DNA of 64,000 nt. Source: Polyangiales bacterium. GTDB lineage: Bacteria > Myxococcota_A > Polyangia > Polyangiales > Polyangiaceae. Shown here piece by piece: positions 1-10,308 of this stretch. A model generated the notes under the pieces. The model was not told where the DNA came from. It was given only the letters and a program-made list of their open reading frames with translations, and searched no databases. A program made the translations under genes and the position numbers. Each line of letters opens with the position of its first letter. Position 1 is the stretch's first letter. Location: the NCBI GenBank assembly GCA_038231275.1, contig JBBRLQ010000002.1, forward strand, positions 96,001 through 160,000, written 5' to 3'.

Positions 1-1151
1 TGCGTCGCGTCGCCCATGTTCCCGAAATCAGGGCGCAGCGTGTAGCCGATCTGAAGGCCCACCGCGTGGACGCTGACGCCGGCGGCCATGCGCACCGACC
101 GAAGGCGAACCGTGTCGTCGATGAGCTGCACCTGCCCGGCGTTCAGCGCAAAGTGCGTATTTTTGCGACGGATCAGCGTGTTCGAGAGACCTAGCTCCGG
201 GACGACGTAGATGGGGACGGGGCCTGCGAGGAAGAGGAATCGGTAGCCGCCGTTGAGCTCGATAATCTCCGCGAGGTGAGAGGAGGTCGTGGTCGACGCG
301 TCGGGGTTCGACGTGTCGCCGAACGCCAGCGCGAGGCGCGCCGTCAGCGAGATGCGATCGAACGCGATGAGGCTGCCGGCGAGGTAGGCGCCGTAATACG
401 TGTCCGGCGACGTGATGTGCATCGCGAAGCCGAGACCGAAGTCGCCGAACGTGATGCGACCCAGGTACGGCGTCTGGCGCCCCATCTCCTGGCGCAGCGT
501 GGCGAGGCGGTGCGACGGGATGCCGAACGCGATCCCCTGCGAGTCCTTGAGCTGCGACGAGACCACCGCGAGGACGCGCCCGTCGCACGCGAGGAGCGGG
601 CCGCCGGAGTTGCCGGGGTTGAGCGGCGCGTCGGTCTGGATGAAGGCGTCGTTCTTCGCACTGACGACGCCTTGCGAGACGCTCCACTCGAGGAGGCCGC
701 GCATGCTCGACGGCAGGAGCGGTGAGTATTGCGGGTGACCGATGGCGGCGACAGGCGTGCCGAGATCGACGTGATCGCTGTCGGCGAGCTCCAATGGCGT
801 CGCCTCGACCGGCGCCTCGAGCTCGAGGATCGCCAGATCGTGCTCGCCGCTGACCGCGACGACGTGCGCGTCGAGCGCGGGGCCGGTCGCGAACTGCACC
901 TTCGCGGCGCGGCCGAGCGCGACGACGTGGAGCGCCGTGGCGACGTGACGGTTGTCGAAGACGAGGAAGCCCGCGCCGAACGAGCCCGGCACCTCGATGC
1001 GCGCGACCGAGCCGTGCGCGAGGCGGTACACGCGGCTCGTCCATCCCCCTTCGCACGCCGGCGACGCCGCCACCGCCTGCGCGCGCGCGACGCGAGGCGC
1101 CAGAAGAAGAATCGCGAGCGCGAAGAGCGCGAAGAGACGCCGCACGCTCAA
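1..1151 (-). CDS. Secreted trypsin-like (S1C/HtrA-type) serine protease with C-terminal beta-strand-rich domain; runs off the left edge
   Basis: Missing from the ORF track because there is no stop in the window. Manual translation of the minus frame (TTG 1151 or GTG 1145) gives a signal peptide, HVATALHVV (catalytic His) and FIQTDAPLNPGNSGGPLL (catalytic Ser). I found no in-frame stop down to base 1. Confidence 0.85.
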   Translation of the reverse strand, partial: MSVRRLFALFALAILLLAPRVARAQAVAASPACEGGWTSRVYRLAHGSVARIEVPGSFGAGFLVFDNRHVATALHVVALGRAAKVQFATGPALDAHVVAVSGEHDLAILELEAPVEATPLELADSDHVDLGTPVAAIGHPQYSPLLPSSMRGLLEWSVSQGVVSAKNDAFIQTDAPLNPGNSGGPLLACDGRVLAVVSSQLKDSQGIAFGIPSHRLATLRQEMGRQTPYLGRITFGDFGLGFAMHITSPDTYYGAYLAGSLIAFDRISLTARLALAFGDTSNPDASTTTSSHLAEIIELNGGYRFLFLAGPVPIYVVPELGLSNTLIRRKNTHFALNAGQVQLIDDTVRLRSVRMAAGVSVHAVGLQIGYTLRPDFGNMGDAT

Positions 1152-1180
1152 GGCCTGACCGGAAAAGCCGGACAGGCCTT
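1150..1180. terminator. Hairpin between def and the protease gene
   Basis: AAGGCCTG-A-CCGG-AAAAG-CCGG-A-CAGGCCTT imperfect inverted repeat. Confidence 0.35.
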
Positions 1181-1222
1181 TCCCCCAGGAGCGTTTCGCT
1201 CCGCTGCGCTTCGCTCCACTCA

Positions 1223-1798
1223 TCAGCTCCCGAAGCGCGCGACCAGCGCCTTCGCGCGCTCGGTGAACTCCGCCAGCTTGAAGCGATCGAAATCGGTCCA
1301 GGTGCAGAGCGATCGGGTGTCGACGACGCGATCGACGAAGAGCTTGCCGTCGAGGTGATCGACCTCGTGCTGGTAGGTGCCCGCCGTGAGCCCCGCCGCC
1401 TCGAAATCGAGCTCGGCCCCCGCGCGGTCCCAGGCCTTCACGTGGATCTTCACGCTCCGCGGGACTTCGCCGCGCAGGTTCGGCACGCTGAGGCAGCCCT
1501 CGTAGTTGAGGAACGTCTCGCTCGACACGAGCTCGATCGTCGGGTTGACGAGGATCGTGAGGGGGATGTTCGGCTTGTAGGGGTAGCGCGGGTTGTCCTT
1601 GACGTGCAGCGCGCAGATGCGAACCGGCTCGTAGACCTGGTTGGCGGCGATCCCAGCGCCGTTCGCGTCGAACATCGTCTCGACCAGATCGTCGATGAAC
1701 CCTTGCATCTTCGGGGATGCGAGCTCGTCCTTGGACACGGCGCGCGTGGGCTGCCGGAGGATCGGGTTGCCGATCGTCGCGATCTTGCGAAGGGCCAT
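1223..1798 (-). CDS. def: Peptide deformylase
   Basis: GAGIAANQV, EGCLSV and QHEVDHLDG motifs. Confidence 0.96.
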   Translation of the reverse strand: MALRKIATIGNPILRQPTRAVSKDELASPKMQGFIDDLVETMFDANGAGIAANQVYEPVRICALHVKDNPRYPYKPNIPLTILVNPTIELVSSETFLNYEGCLSVPNLRGEVPRSVKIHVKAWDRAGAELDFEAAGLTAGTYQHEVDHLDGKLFVDRVVDTRSLCTWTDFDRFKLAEFTERAKALVARFGS

Positions 1799-1819
1799 CG
1801 CGGGCACCCTAGCAGCTTT

Positions 1820-2791
1820 TCAGAGCCACTTCTTGTGACGGAACCACCCGAGGATGACGAGCGTAGTCAAGGCCATGAGGCCGAGCGCGTACGGGTAGCC
1901 AAACTCCCACTTGAGCTCGGGCATCCGCTCGAAGTTCATCCCGTAGACGCCGGCGATGAACGTTATGGGGAGCATGACCGTGCTCATCAGCGTGAGCGTC
2001 TTCATGACCTCGTTCATGCGGTTGCCCTGGACGCTCAGGTACGCCTCCAGCGTGTTCGAGAGGAGCTCGCGGTTGCTCTCCGCCAGATCGGTGATGCGCG
2101 AGAAGGCGTCGTACACGTCGCGGAAGAAGGGCGAGGCCTCGGGCGGGATCAGCTCGAACTCGCCGCGACCCAGGCGCAAGAGCATCTCGCGCTGGTGGAG
2201 CGACGTGCGGCGCAGACGCTGGAGCGAGCGTTTCAGCGTGAAAATTTGGCGCAAGAGCGCGGGGCCGCGCGGCGTACCGGCCGCGTCCAGGATCTTCTCC
2301 TCGAGCACCGCGATCTCCTGATCGAAGCGATCGACGAGCGGGAGAAAGTCGTCGACCATGTGATCGAGCAGCGCGTGCGCCACCCACGGCGCCCCCTTCG
2401 CGAGCGGGCGCGCGCAGCGGGCGAGCCCGTCGGCGACCGCCTTCACCGCCGCCGAATCGCGGTTGTGCGTGAGCACGAAATTCTTGCCGAGGACGACGTC
2501 GAGCTCCATCGTCTCGAGCTTCTCGGTGCTGGAGCCGACGCGCACGCTGTGGCCGACGACGTAGAGGTACGTCGTGAAGTCCTCGACCTTCGGGGACTCG
2601 GTGTCGTTCCAGATGTCCTCTTGCGTGAGCGGATGGATGCCGAACGTCTTCGTGAGGAGGCCGTCGGTTTCCTTGGTGCGCTTCTCCAGGTCCACCCAGA
2701 GCTGCTTGTTCGCCTTGTGCGCGGCGTCGACCTCGTCGGCGCTCGTCGTCTCGACGATCGCGCCATCGGGGCCGAGGATGTGCGCGCGCAT
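1820..2791 (-). CDS. corA: CorA family Mg2+/Co2+ transporter
   Basis: YGMNF signature, MPEL motif and two C-terminal TM helices. Confidence 0.95.
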   Translation of the reverse strand: MRAHILGPDGAIVETTSADEVDAAHKANKQLWVDLEKRTKETDGLLTKTFGIHPLTQEDIWNDTESPKVEDFTTYLYVVGHSVRVGSSTEKLETMELDVVLGKNFVLTHNRDSAAVKAVADGLARCARPLAKGAPWVAHALLDHMVDDFLPLVDRFDQEIAVLEEKILDAAGTPRGPALLRQIFTLKRSLQRLRRTSLHQREMLLRLGRGEFELIPPEASPFFRDVYDAFSRITDLAESNRELLSNTLEAYLSVQGNRMNEVMKTLTLMSTVMLPITFIAGVYGMNFERMPELKWEFGYPYALGLMALTTLVILGWFRHKKWL

Positions 2792-2803
2792 GGTCCGCCG
2801 TCG

Positions 2804-4843
2804 TCAGCGCTTGGCGGCGAGGATGAGCGTGCGCGGCGAGTCGCAGCCGAAGAAGACGCCGGGGGTCGCCGTGCGGCCGCTCACCTCGGCGACGCGGAAG
2901 CCCTGCTCGTGAAGGACCCGCCCGAGCTCGTGGAGGGCGTACACGCGGATCGAGTACTCGATCTCCTTCGTACGGCCGTCGTCCATCATCATCGTGCGCT
3001 TGACCTTCATGCGGCTGGTGATCCAGTCGATCTGCATCTCGTCCATGCAGATGCAGCCCTCGCCCTCGAACCACGCGAGCGACGGGGACTGCTTCATGAT
3101 GTAGTCGCGGTTCACGACGTCGAGCAGGAACACGCCACCCGGCCGCAGCGCCTTGTGAACCCGCGAGATGACCTGGGCGTTCTTCTCCTCGTCGAAGTAG
3201 CCGAAGCTCGTGCCCCAGCAATAGACGCCGTCGAACTGCTCGTCGAACGTCATGTCGCGCATGTCGCCTTGCACGAAGTTGAGGCGTGCCTCGCGGTCGT
3301 AGGCCTCGTCGGCGGCGCGCGCGAGCATGGCGAGGGAGAGATCGAAGCCGACGACGTGGTAGCCGCGCTGGGTGAGCTCGATCGCGTGGAGGCCGGTGCC
3401 GCATCCGAGATCGAGCAGGACGCCGTCGCGCGCGACGCCGAGGCTCTCTTCGATGAACGTGCTCTCGGCGCCGATTTGGCCGTCGGTGACCTTGGCCGAC
3501 GCGCGGATGAAGTCGTCGTTGAAGAGCTCCTCCCACCAAGGACGGATGCGCTTGCGGGCGGCGGCGGCCTCGGTGAGCGGCGGCGGCGCGAGCGCACCGG
3601 ACGATGGAGGTGAGATGACGCGCGCGCGGTTGTCGGTGCGCGCGTCGGCGCCGCCTGGCGGAGACGGTGCCGCTACGGCGCTCGAGGCAGCCACGGCGCC
3701 GGCAGGAGGCGAAGGCGCGACGGCGGCGGCCGGGGGCGACGGAGAGCTCGACGAGACCGCGGACGCCTGCGGTACTCCCGCCTGAACCGAGACCGCGGGA
3801 GGAAGCGGAGGCTTCGCGGCGGGCGGCGGCGGGTTGCTGGGCGGCGGCGGCGGGATCGACTTCGCCTTCGGCCGCATCGGCGGAATTCCAGGTGGCACGG
3901 GCGCGGCCTTCGGCAACGACTCGACGCTCACGAGATCGTCGACCGAGATCTCCGGCGCGTCCCCCGGCTCCGACGGGCGCGGACGCGGATACGCGTGCGC
4001 GTTCGGGTTCGGCTCGCTCTGCGTTGGCGTCGGCTCTTCTTCTTCGAAGCGGACGTCCTCGCCTTCCGGATCGGCGTTGATCATCGCGCGCATCGGCGCG
4101 CGCGCGGGCGGCAAGGGCCCAAACGGCGGGCTCGAGCGCGACGCTCCGTGCGTGGGCGGACTCGAGGCGTGCGCGGGCGGTGTCGACGCGTGGGTCGCCG
4201 ACGGTCCGGCGGGGCGTGAAGGCACGCGCCCTGCAGCGGGCCCTGCGGGGACGCTCGACGGACCGCCTCCCACGTCGAGCTGCGTCTCCGGCGCATCGCC
4301 GAGGCCGTCCATCACCGGGATCTCTTCGGAGATCGGCCTCACGTATTCCATCGTCGCATCAGGATCGAGATCATGCGTGCGCGGGGTGTTCGGCGCGGCG
4401 TCCGCACCGTCGGCGGCGGTCGGTTGGTAGGGCGTCCAGCTGTCCTCACGCTCCACCTTCGGGACCCCGAGCGGGAGCGGCGCCGGGCTATCGTCGCCGT
4501 CGTCCTCCATCGGCGGCGGGCCTACCGAAATGATGCGCGTGCCCTGGATCGGCTGCCCTTCCTCGATCGGCTCGCCGGAGTCGATCGGCTCGGCGACCGG
4601 CATCGCGCGCGGCGTCGGGCGCGAGACCTCGTCGTCGGGGATGCGCAGGGTCATGCGCGCACGGACGCGGCGGGCGCTCGGAGTGTCCCCGCTGGCCCGG
4701 CGTTGCGAGGGGCGATCGTGGGGGAGCGCCTTCTCCGGCTTCGGCTCCACGGGAGGCGGCTTCGCGGTGATCTCGTCCTCTTGCGGGGCGGCGACCTCGG
4801 TCTCCGAGTCGGCCGGCGCCGTGACCCGATTGTCGTCGGTCAT
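2804..4843 (-). CDS. Class I SAM-dependent methyltransferase with ~430-aa Pro/acidic low-complexity N-terminus
   Basis: LLDLGCGTG, GFDLS and VQGDMR motifs; start placed at MTDDNR (ATGA overlap with psd stop). Confidence 0.85.
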   Translation of the reverse strand: MTDDNRVTAPADSETEVAAPQEDEITAKPPPVEPKPEKALPHDRPSQRRASGDTPSARRVRARMTLRIPDDEVSRPTPRAMPVAEPIDSGEPIEEGQPIQGTRIISVGPPPMEDDGDDSPAPLPLGVPKVEREDSWTPYQPTAADGADAAPNTPRTHDLDPDATMEYVRPISEEIPVMDGLGDAPETQLDVGGGPSSVPAGPAAGRVPSRPAGPSATHASTPPAHASSPPTHGASRSSPPFGPLPPARAPMRAMINADPEGEDVRFEEEEPTPTQSEPNPNAHAYPRPRPSEPGDAPEISVDDLVSVESLPKAAPVPPGIPPMRPKAKSIPPPPPSNPPPPAAKPPLPPAVSVQAGVPQASAVSSSSPSPPAAAVAPSPPAGAVAASSAVAAPSPPGGADARTDNRARVISPPSSGALAPPPLTEAAAARKRIRPWWEELFNDDFIRASAKVTDGQIGAESTFIEESLGVARDGVLLDLGCGTGLHAIELTQRGYHVVGFDLSLAMLARAADEAYDREARLNFVQGDMRDMTFDEQFDGVYCWGTSFGYFDEEKNAQVISRVHKALRPGGVFLLDVVNRDYIMKQSPSLAWFEGEGCICMDEMQIDWITSRMKVKRTMMMDDGRTKEIEYSIRVYALHELGRVLHEQGFRVAEVSGRTATPGVFFGCDSPRTLILAAKR

Positions 4844-5730
4844 GCGCCGCCTCCGTGTCGCGACGCGCCGTTCCCGGCACGTGCGTGCATAGCGGTGGCG
4901 ACGGCGCGCGCGAGCGGCTCGCCGTAGAGGATGGGGCCCTCGCCGGCGCACCACTTCTCGACGGCTTTGGGCTCGAGGAAGACGACCGCGGTCGAGCCGA
5001 GGTGGAACATCCCGAGCTCCTCGCCGCGCGCGACCGGGCGCGGCGCGTCCTCGAAGCGGTGATCGCCGAGCGGCACGTCGTGACCGGGGACGCAGGTGAG
5101 CGTGATTCGCCCGACGATCATCGCGACCACCATCACGACCGTCACGCGCCCCAAATCCGGCGTGTCGATTACGATGGCAACGCGGCGGTTGCGCGCGAAG
5201 AGGTTCTTGACGTGACGCATGCCGATCGAGTTGACCGGGAAGTAGTCGCCCGGTAGCGACCGGACGAGGGTGATCTGACCACTCACCGGCGAGTGGACGC
5301 GGTGGTAGTCCCGCGGCGACAGGTACACGACGCAGCCGCCGCCGCCTTCGTAGCGCCCGACGTCCTTGGCGTCGCCGATGAGCTCCTCGACCGCGTAGTC
5401 GGTGCCCTTCACGCGGAAGCGCCGGCCGTCCACGCGCCCCATCGACTCGACGCGGCCGTCCGCCGGGCTCACGACGACGCGCGGGTCGTCGTCGATCGGG
5501 CGCGCGCCATGAACGAGATCGCGGGTGAAGAAATCGTCGAAGCTCTCCCACCCGCCCTGACGAACGCACTCGGCGAAGCTCACGTCGTAGGCCTTCGAAT
5601 ACACGCCTACGACGGCGCGGCCGACGGCGGGGCTCCAGGAGTGGTCGGCCAAGCGACCGATCGCCCGCCCGATGCCCGCACGCGGCAAGACGCGAAGGAG
5701 CTGGGCGGTGGCGTACGTAAGTGCGCTCAT
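4840..5730 (-). CDS. psd: Phosphatidylserine decarboxylase proenzyme
   Basis: FFTR, SPADG, YLSPRDYHRVHSP and FHLGST cleavage motif. Confidence 0.93.
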   Translation of the reverse strand: MSALTYATAQLLRVLPRAGIGRAIGRLADHSWSPAVGRAVVGVYSKAYDVSFAECVRQGGWESFDDFFTRDLVHGARPIDDDPRVVVSPADGRVESMGRVDGRRFRVKGTDYAVEELIGDAKDVGRYEGGGGCVVYLSPRDYHRVHSPVSGQITLVRSLPGDYFPVNSIGMRHVKNLFARNRRVAIVIDTPDLGRVTVVMVVAMIVGRITLTCVPGHDVPLGDHRFEDAPRPVARGEELGMFHLGSTAVVFLEPKAVEKWCAGEGPILYGEPLARAVATAMHARAGNGASRHGGGA

Positions 5731-5774
5731 ACGGGATTTCGGTGTGGGCGTGGTTGAGACCACACCTTTTTTGG

Positions 5775-5804
5775 ATGCTATCGCCCGCCCGACAACGGGG
5801 TCAA
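5775..5804 (-). promoter_or_regulatory. Putative sigma70-type promoter for the psd operon
   Basis: Minus strand TTGACC (5799-5804) - N18 - TAGCAT (5775-5780). Confidence 0.45.
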
Positions 5805-5870
5805 CGCGTCGTTCTAGCGCGGTTCTCTTTTGCATTGGCCGGACCGCGTTGGCCTTCTCGTGGGTCGCCC

Positions 5871-7409
5871 TCAATCTTTGCCGAGGGGGGGCTCTCCCAT
5901 CTTTCGGGCCGCCTCGCACAAGAGGCGCCCCGCCGCGTTCTCCGGCGCTTTCGCGGGGTCCAGCGTCTCGCAGGCCGCCTCCTCGTCGTACGGATTGGCC
6001 GAAATCGCCTCGACGAACGCTGGATCGGCGACCGCCATATCGTCGCGATCGCGGGCCCATCGCCCTCGGATGGCCCACCATCCGGAGAACGACGCGGAGA
6101 CCTCTTTCGGGTCGGCGAGGAGCGTCTCCCCTTCCTTACGCCGGCCCAGCGCCTCGAGCGTGCGCGCCTTCATGTGACGAACGCTCGGATCGAGCCCGAA
6201 ATCCTTGGGCGGGATGTGACCGAGCTCGGTGAGCGCCTGCTCGGGGTGCTCGCGTCCGTAGAGGAGCTCCGCGAGGCGCATGCGCTCGCGCGTCTCGCGC
6301 ATGTTCGTGGGCGCGTTGCCGAGGCCCATCAGCTCGAGCACGGTCATGTCCTTCTTCGTCCCGACGAGGCTCGCCCGCCAGCGAACGTCCCAGGTCTTCA
6401 TGTCCGCGCCGGTGGCGAGCACGAGCGACTCGTCGACGGTCTTGCCCTTCCGAAGCGCGGCGAGGAGGCCCTGCATCGCGTCGGGCTTCGACGTCTGCGC
6501 GACGTAGCGGACGAAGCTCGTCACCTCGGCGAACGCCACGAGCGCGGCGTCGGCGCTGGGGAGCATCGCGATGGATGGCCCGAGCTTGTCGAGCGGGATG
6601 TCCATCTTCATCTCGACGCCGCGCACCACGATCGAGTCGACCGGCGGGCGATCGTCGAACGGTCCGGGCGCGCGCCATCGGACCTCCTCGCGCTTGGCCA
6701 TCCCCTCTTGCAGCCACAATGGCGCGCGATCGGCGGTCGCGCGGGTGACGGCGAGGTGCGTGAGCTCGTGGGCGATCGTATCGCGCCACGAATACCCGTG
6801 CCGGCTCGCGCGCGGCGAGAGGAGCGTCACCCTCCCCCATTTCGCGACCGCCACCGTCCCCGTCGTCGTCGCCGCCTCGTACGGGAGGCCGGTCATCGCC
6901 GCGAGGCTCAGCAAATCGCGCACGATCGTGATGCGGGTGGGCTTGGGCCACGTCACGCCGAGATCGCGCGTGAGGGCGTCGCGCGAGGCCACGATCGTCT
7001 CGGTGACGAGCGGCCCGAGCGCGCGATCGTTCTCGTCCTGGTAACGGATCTCGATCGCGTGCGTGTCGTCCCGCTCGACGACGGTGGCGGCGGTGGCGCG
7101 CGCGCAGCCACGGGCGATGTCGGCGAAGACGGCCCCCTGCTCGGTCTTCGCGAGCTCGGGGCGCGCGAGGATCACAGCGGCGCCGTCGCAGTCGCCTTCG
7201 TAGATCGCGAGGCGCGCGCGCTCGAGGCCGAGGAGAGGGCTGTCGAGATCGCCCCCCTCGAGCTCCTTCCGCGCGTCCGCGTAGTCGAGGGCCAGAGTGG
7301 CTTCTGCGGCGCGTGACGCGCGCCCGGGCGAGTCGTCGAACGCGGCGTGCGACGGCGCAGCGGACGCGAGCCCTACGAGCGCGGCGACGTAGAAGAGGAC
7401 GCGCTTCAT
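5871..7409 (-). CDS. Secreted TPR-like / peptidase MA (gluzincin) family protein
   Basis: Signal peptide, HELTH zinc motif and downstream PLWLQEGMA; ATGA overlap with upstream gene. Confidence 0.75.
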   Translation of the reverse strand: MKRVLFYVAALVGLASAAPSHAAFDDSPGRASRAAEATLALDYADARKELEGGDLDSPLLGLERARLAIYEGDCDGAAVILARPELAKTEQGAVFADIARGCARATAATVVERDDTHAIEIRYQDENDRALGPLVTETIVASRDALTRDLGVTWPKPTRITIVRDLLSLAAMTGLPYEAATTTGTVAVAKWGRVTLLSPRASRHGYSWRDTIAHELTHLAVTRATADRAPLWLQEGMAKREEVRWRAPGPFDDRPPVDSIVVRGVEMKMDIPLDKLGPSIAMLPSADAALVAFAEVTSFVRYVAQTSKPDAMQGLLAALRKGKTVDESLVLATGADMKTWDVRWRASLVGTKKDMTVLELMGLGNAPTNMRETRERMRLAELLYGREHPEQALTELGHIPPKDFGLDPSVRHMKARTLEALGRRKEGETLLADPKEVSASFSGWWAIRGRWARDRDDMAVADPAFVEAISANPYDEEAACETLDPAKAPENAAGRLLCEAARKMGEPPLGKD

Positions 7410-10273
7410 CGCAAGAGGCCCTCCGCGTAGCGACGTACCGCGTCTTTGTGACGACCGCCCGACGGCTGACCGAGCCCCTTGATGACGCGCTTGCGGAACT
7501 CCTCGGGTCCCTTGTGCTGATCGGCCTTTGGGATGTCGATCGCCTCGAGCGAGTCGCGCTCGCCGTTGTCGCCGCGATCTTGGTCGCTCGACTTTCCCAT
7601 CGCCTCTTTCGCCTGCTCGAGCTGACGCTGCGTCTCGCGCTGGAGCTCGAGGGCACGATCGATCTGGCCTTGTTTGAGCGCGCGCGCCGCTTCGTGGCCG
7701 CTCCGCTCGGCGCCGTCGAGCGCCTCCAGCGCCGGCTGCGGGAGCGAGCCCTGGCCGCCCTTGTCTTTGATCTGCCCGGCACGTTGCGCCATTTTCTCCT
7801 CGTCGTCGCCGTGCTTGGATAGGTCCTTGCCGGCGCGATCGGCGGCCTTCTTGCGGAGCTTGTCGAGCTCCTGCTCGGCCCAGCGCACCTCGGGCTCGAG
7901 CTTCTTCTTCGCGTCCTCGATCTTGCGCTCGGCGTCGCGCGGGTCGCCGAAGCCCATCCACCTCTCGCGCGCTGCGGTGCGCTTTGCTTCGTCGAGGGCT
8001 TGCAGCGCGTTCTTGCCGCTCGACACCGCGTCCGAGGGGTTTCCCTGCTCGAGTGAGCGCGCCATCTGCTCGCCGTGCTCGCGCGCCGCGGCGCCTTTGC
8101 TCGTCCAGGAGTCGCTGCCGGCGCCGATGGAGGGCATCCCCTTGGTGGCCTCTCGAATCGCCTGCGCGTGCTTCTTCGCCTCTTCGGCGACCTCCTTCAC
8201 GTCCTCCTCGCTGCCGGCCTGGCTGAGGGCGCGTTCGGTCTCGCCCATGCCGGCGGCGTGATCGTTGGCGAGGCGGTCGATGTCGCCGGCCGCCTCGTTG
8301 AAGGCCTGCTCGGCGTCGCTCGGCGTGCTCTCGTCGTCGCCGGGCATGCCGCGACCTCCGCCCGACTCGCCGCCAGCGTGCCCGGACTTGCCGCGCGCGC
8401 CGAACGAGGGATCGGGCTGGTGAAGGCGCGCCGCGAGATCGCGCGCGGCGAGCTCGGCGTGCATGACGTCTTCGCCGCCGCGCCCTCGCGCCACGCGGAG
8501 CAGATCGGTCTCGATGATCTCGCCGATGTCGCGCCCGAGCGACCCCATGCGGACCATCGATTTTCCACCGCCCGTGAGGACGGTCACCGCCGCGTCCGCG
8601 CGCGCGATCCCTCGATCCTTCTCTTTGCCGCGCTGCATCTGCGCCGCACCGAGCGCCAGATCATCGGCGACCTCGGCGAGCTTGTGGGCGGAGGCCTTCG
8701 CGTCGGCGATCCCGAGGCCCTGCATGGCGGCGTCGACGACGAGGACGATGCGCTCGCTCGCCTTCACGAGCGCGGCGTGCGTCGTCTGGCTCGCGCCGTG
8801 CGCTTCCTTGTCCATCGCCTCGCGGACCTTGCGCATGTTGCCGCGGAACATCGCCTGGAGGCGCCCCGACACGCGGACGCCAGCGTACGAGGAGGTGATC
8901 GTCGCGTCGAGGAGCTCGGCGTCCTCGTCCACACCCTTGGCCTCTTCGGCGATGAAGCGGCGAAGCGCGAACGTCTCTTTCGGCATCACCGCGGCCATGC
9001 GCCACGCGAGCGCGTCGACGAGCGCGTCGCGGAGCTTGCGGAGGCCTTCGATGCGCTGCGCCTCGGGCTCGCCGACGTCGGGCGGCACGATCGTGATCGC
9101 CTCGCTCTCGCCCCACTTGGGGCCGGTGAGCGGATCGTTGTCCTTCGCCTCGACGCGCACCTCGACCGGCGCGTGGCTCTTCTTGATGAAGGGGTCGCCG
9201 AGGCGCAGTGAGTGGCCTCCTCGATCGCGGCGCGTCTCGCCATCGAGGCGCGCGAGGACGCGCCGCTCTTCACGCGCCCCGGAGCGCAGCACGAGGTGGA
9301 CCTCACGGAGACCGTGGTCGTCGGTGGCTTCGTAGCGGATGGGGATGTCGCCGGCGTCGACCTGGACCGCGAGCATGATCTTGCGCGGCGCCTCCTCGAG
9401 GACGACGACCGGGGCCTTGTCGGCGATGCTCGTCACCTTCGTCGAGACCGGCTCCGGGATGATCACGTCGCCGAAGCGCGCGACCGTGCGAAGCTCCACC
9501 GTCGCGCTGAGCGGCCAGCGCGCGACGACGTGACCAGCGCCGTCGTCCACAAAGGGGACCTCGCTCGTGCCGTCGGTGAGGGCGAGGCGGCGTCCACGAT
9601 GCGACGGGACGCCGCGCACGGTGAGGAGGGTGCCGTACGGGAGCGCGGTGGCGACGTACGGCGCGTGACGCCGCTCCTCTTGGTGAAGGTAGTCCGGCGG
9701 ACGGGCGCGCACGTCGATGTCGTCGAGCCAGACCATACCGACCGGCGCGACGCCACCACGCGCGAACAGGACGTCCGCTCCCTCCGCCGGCGCCCACGGC
9801 TCGTAGGCGAGCAGCGCGAAGGCGATCGCCGTCGTCGCGAGCGCCACCGCGCCGAGCACGAACGCGAGATGGCGCGCGCCGTCCTCGACCCGATCGTGGG
9901 GAAGCGCGCGGAGCATGCGCTCGAGGTGGAGCGCCGCAAGCTCTGGCGACGTCCCGTCGGCGTTGCGATCCAACGTGAGCGCGCGAAGAGCACGCGCGGC
10001 GCGTTCCGGATCGACTCCGCCGACGAGGCGCGTGATCGCGCGCGCAGGATCCGCGAGGGCGCGGCGTTCGTTCCAACGCCACGCCCACATCGCGATCGCG
10101 AAGGCCGCGAGGGCGAGCGCCGCGCCGATGCGGGACGCGAGCGTGCCGTGACGCGCGACGACGAGGGAACCGAGGACGACGAGGGCCGACAGCGCGACCG
10201 TGACCCGCCGCCTCGGCGCCCGGATCGTCTCGGTCCAGGCCTCCACCAGCGGTCTGAGCGCGTCGAGCCTCAC
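7406..10273 (-). CDS. DUF4175-like membrane-anchored coiled-coil protein
   Basis: N-terminal TM helices, ATDDHGL and EAKDND motifs, long helical C-terminus ending VRRYAEGLLR. Confidence 0.7.
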   Translation of the reverse strand: MRLDALRPLVEAWTETIRAPRRRVTVALSALVVLGSLVVARHGTLASRIGAALALAAFAIAMWAWRWNERRALADPARAITRLVGGVDPERAARALRALTLDRNADGTSPELAALHLERMLRALPHDRVEDGARHLAFVLGAVALATTAIAFALLAYEPWAPAEGADVLFARGGVAPVGMVWLDDIDVRARPPDYLHQEERRHAPYVATALPYGTLLTVRGVPSHRGRRLALTDGTSEVPFVDDGAGHVVARWPLSATVELRTVARFGDVIIPEPVSTKVTSIADKAPVVVLEEAPRKIMLAVQVDAGDIPIRYEATDDHGLREVHLVLRSGAREERRVLARLDGETRRDRGGHSLRLGDPFIKKSHAPVEVRVEAKDNDPLTGPKWGESEAITIVPPDVGEPEAQRIEGLRKLRDALVDALAWRMAAVMPKETFALRRFIAEEAKGVDEDAELLDATITSSYAGVRVSGRLQAMFRGNMRKVREAMDKEAHGASQTTHAALVKASERIVLVVDAAMQGLGIADAKASAHKLAEVADDLALGAAQMQRGKEKDRGIARADAAVTVLTGGGKSMVRMGSLGRDIGEIIETDLLRVARGRGGEDVMHAELAARDLAARLHQPDPSFGARGKSGHAGGESGGGRGMPGDDESTPSDAEQAFNEAAGDIDRLANDHAAGMGETERALSQAGSEEDVKEVAEEAKKHAQAIREATKGMPSIGAGSDSWTSKGAAAREHGEQMARSLEQGNPSDAVSSGKNALQALDEAKRTAARERWMGFGDPRDAERKIEDAKKKLEPEVRWAEQELDKLRKKAADRAGKDLSKHGDDEEKMAQRAGQIKDKGGQGSLPQPALEALDGAERSGHEAARALKQGQIDRALELQRETQRQLEQAKEAMGKSSDQDRGDNGERDSLEAIDIPKADQHKGPEEFRKRVIKGLGQPSGGRHKDAVRRYAEGLLR

Positions 10274-10308
10274 GCTAGAAGAACGTAGCACTTCGCCGCG
10301 GCGCGAGC

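Noticed and set aside
28-1056. 342-aa minus ORF from the track
   Set aside because: Arg/Pro-rich shadow frame; the real gene is the protease in another minus frame
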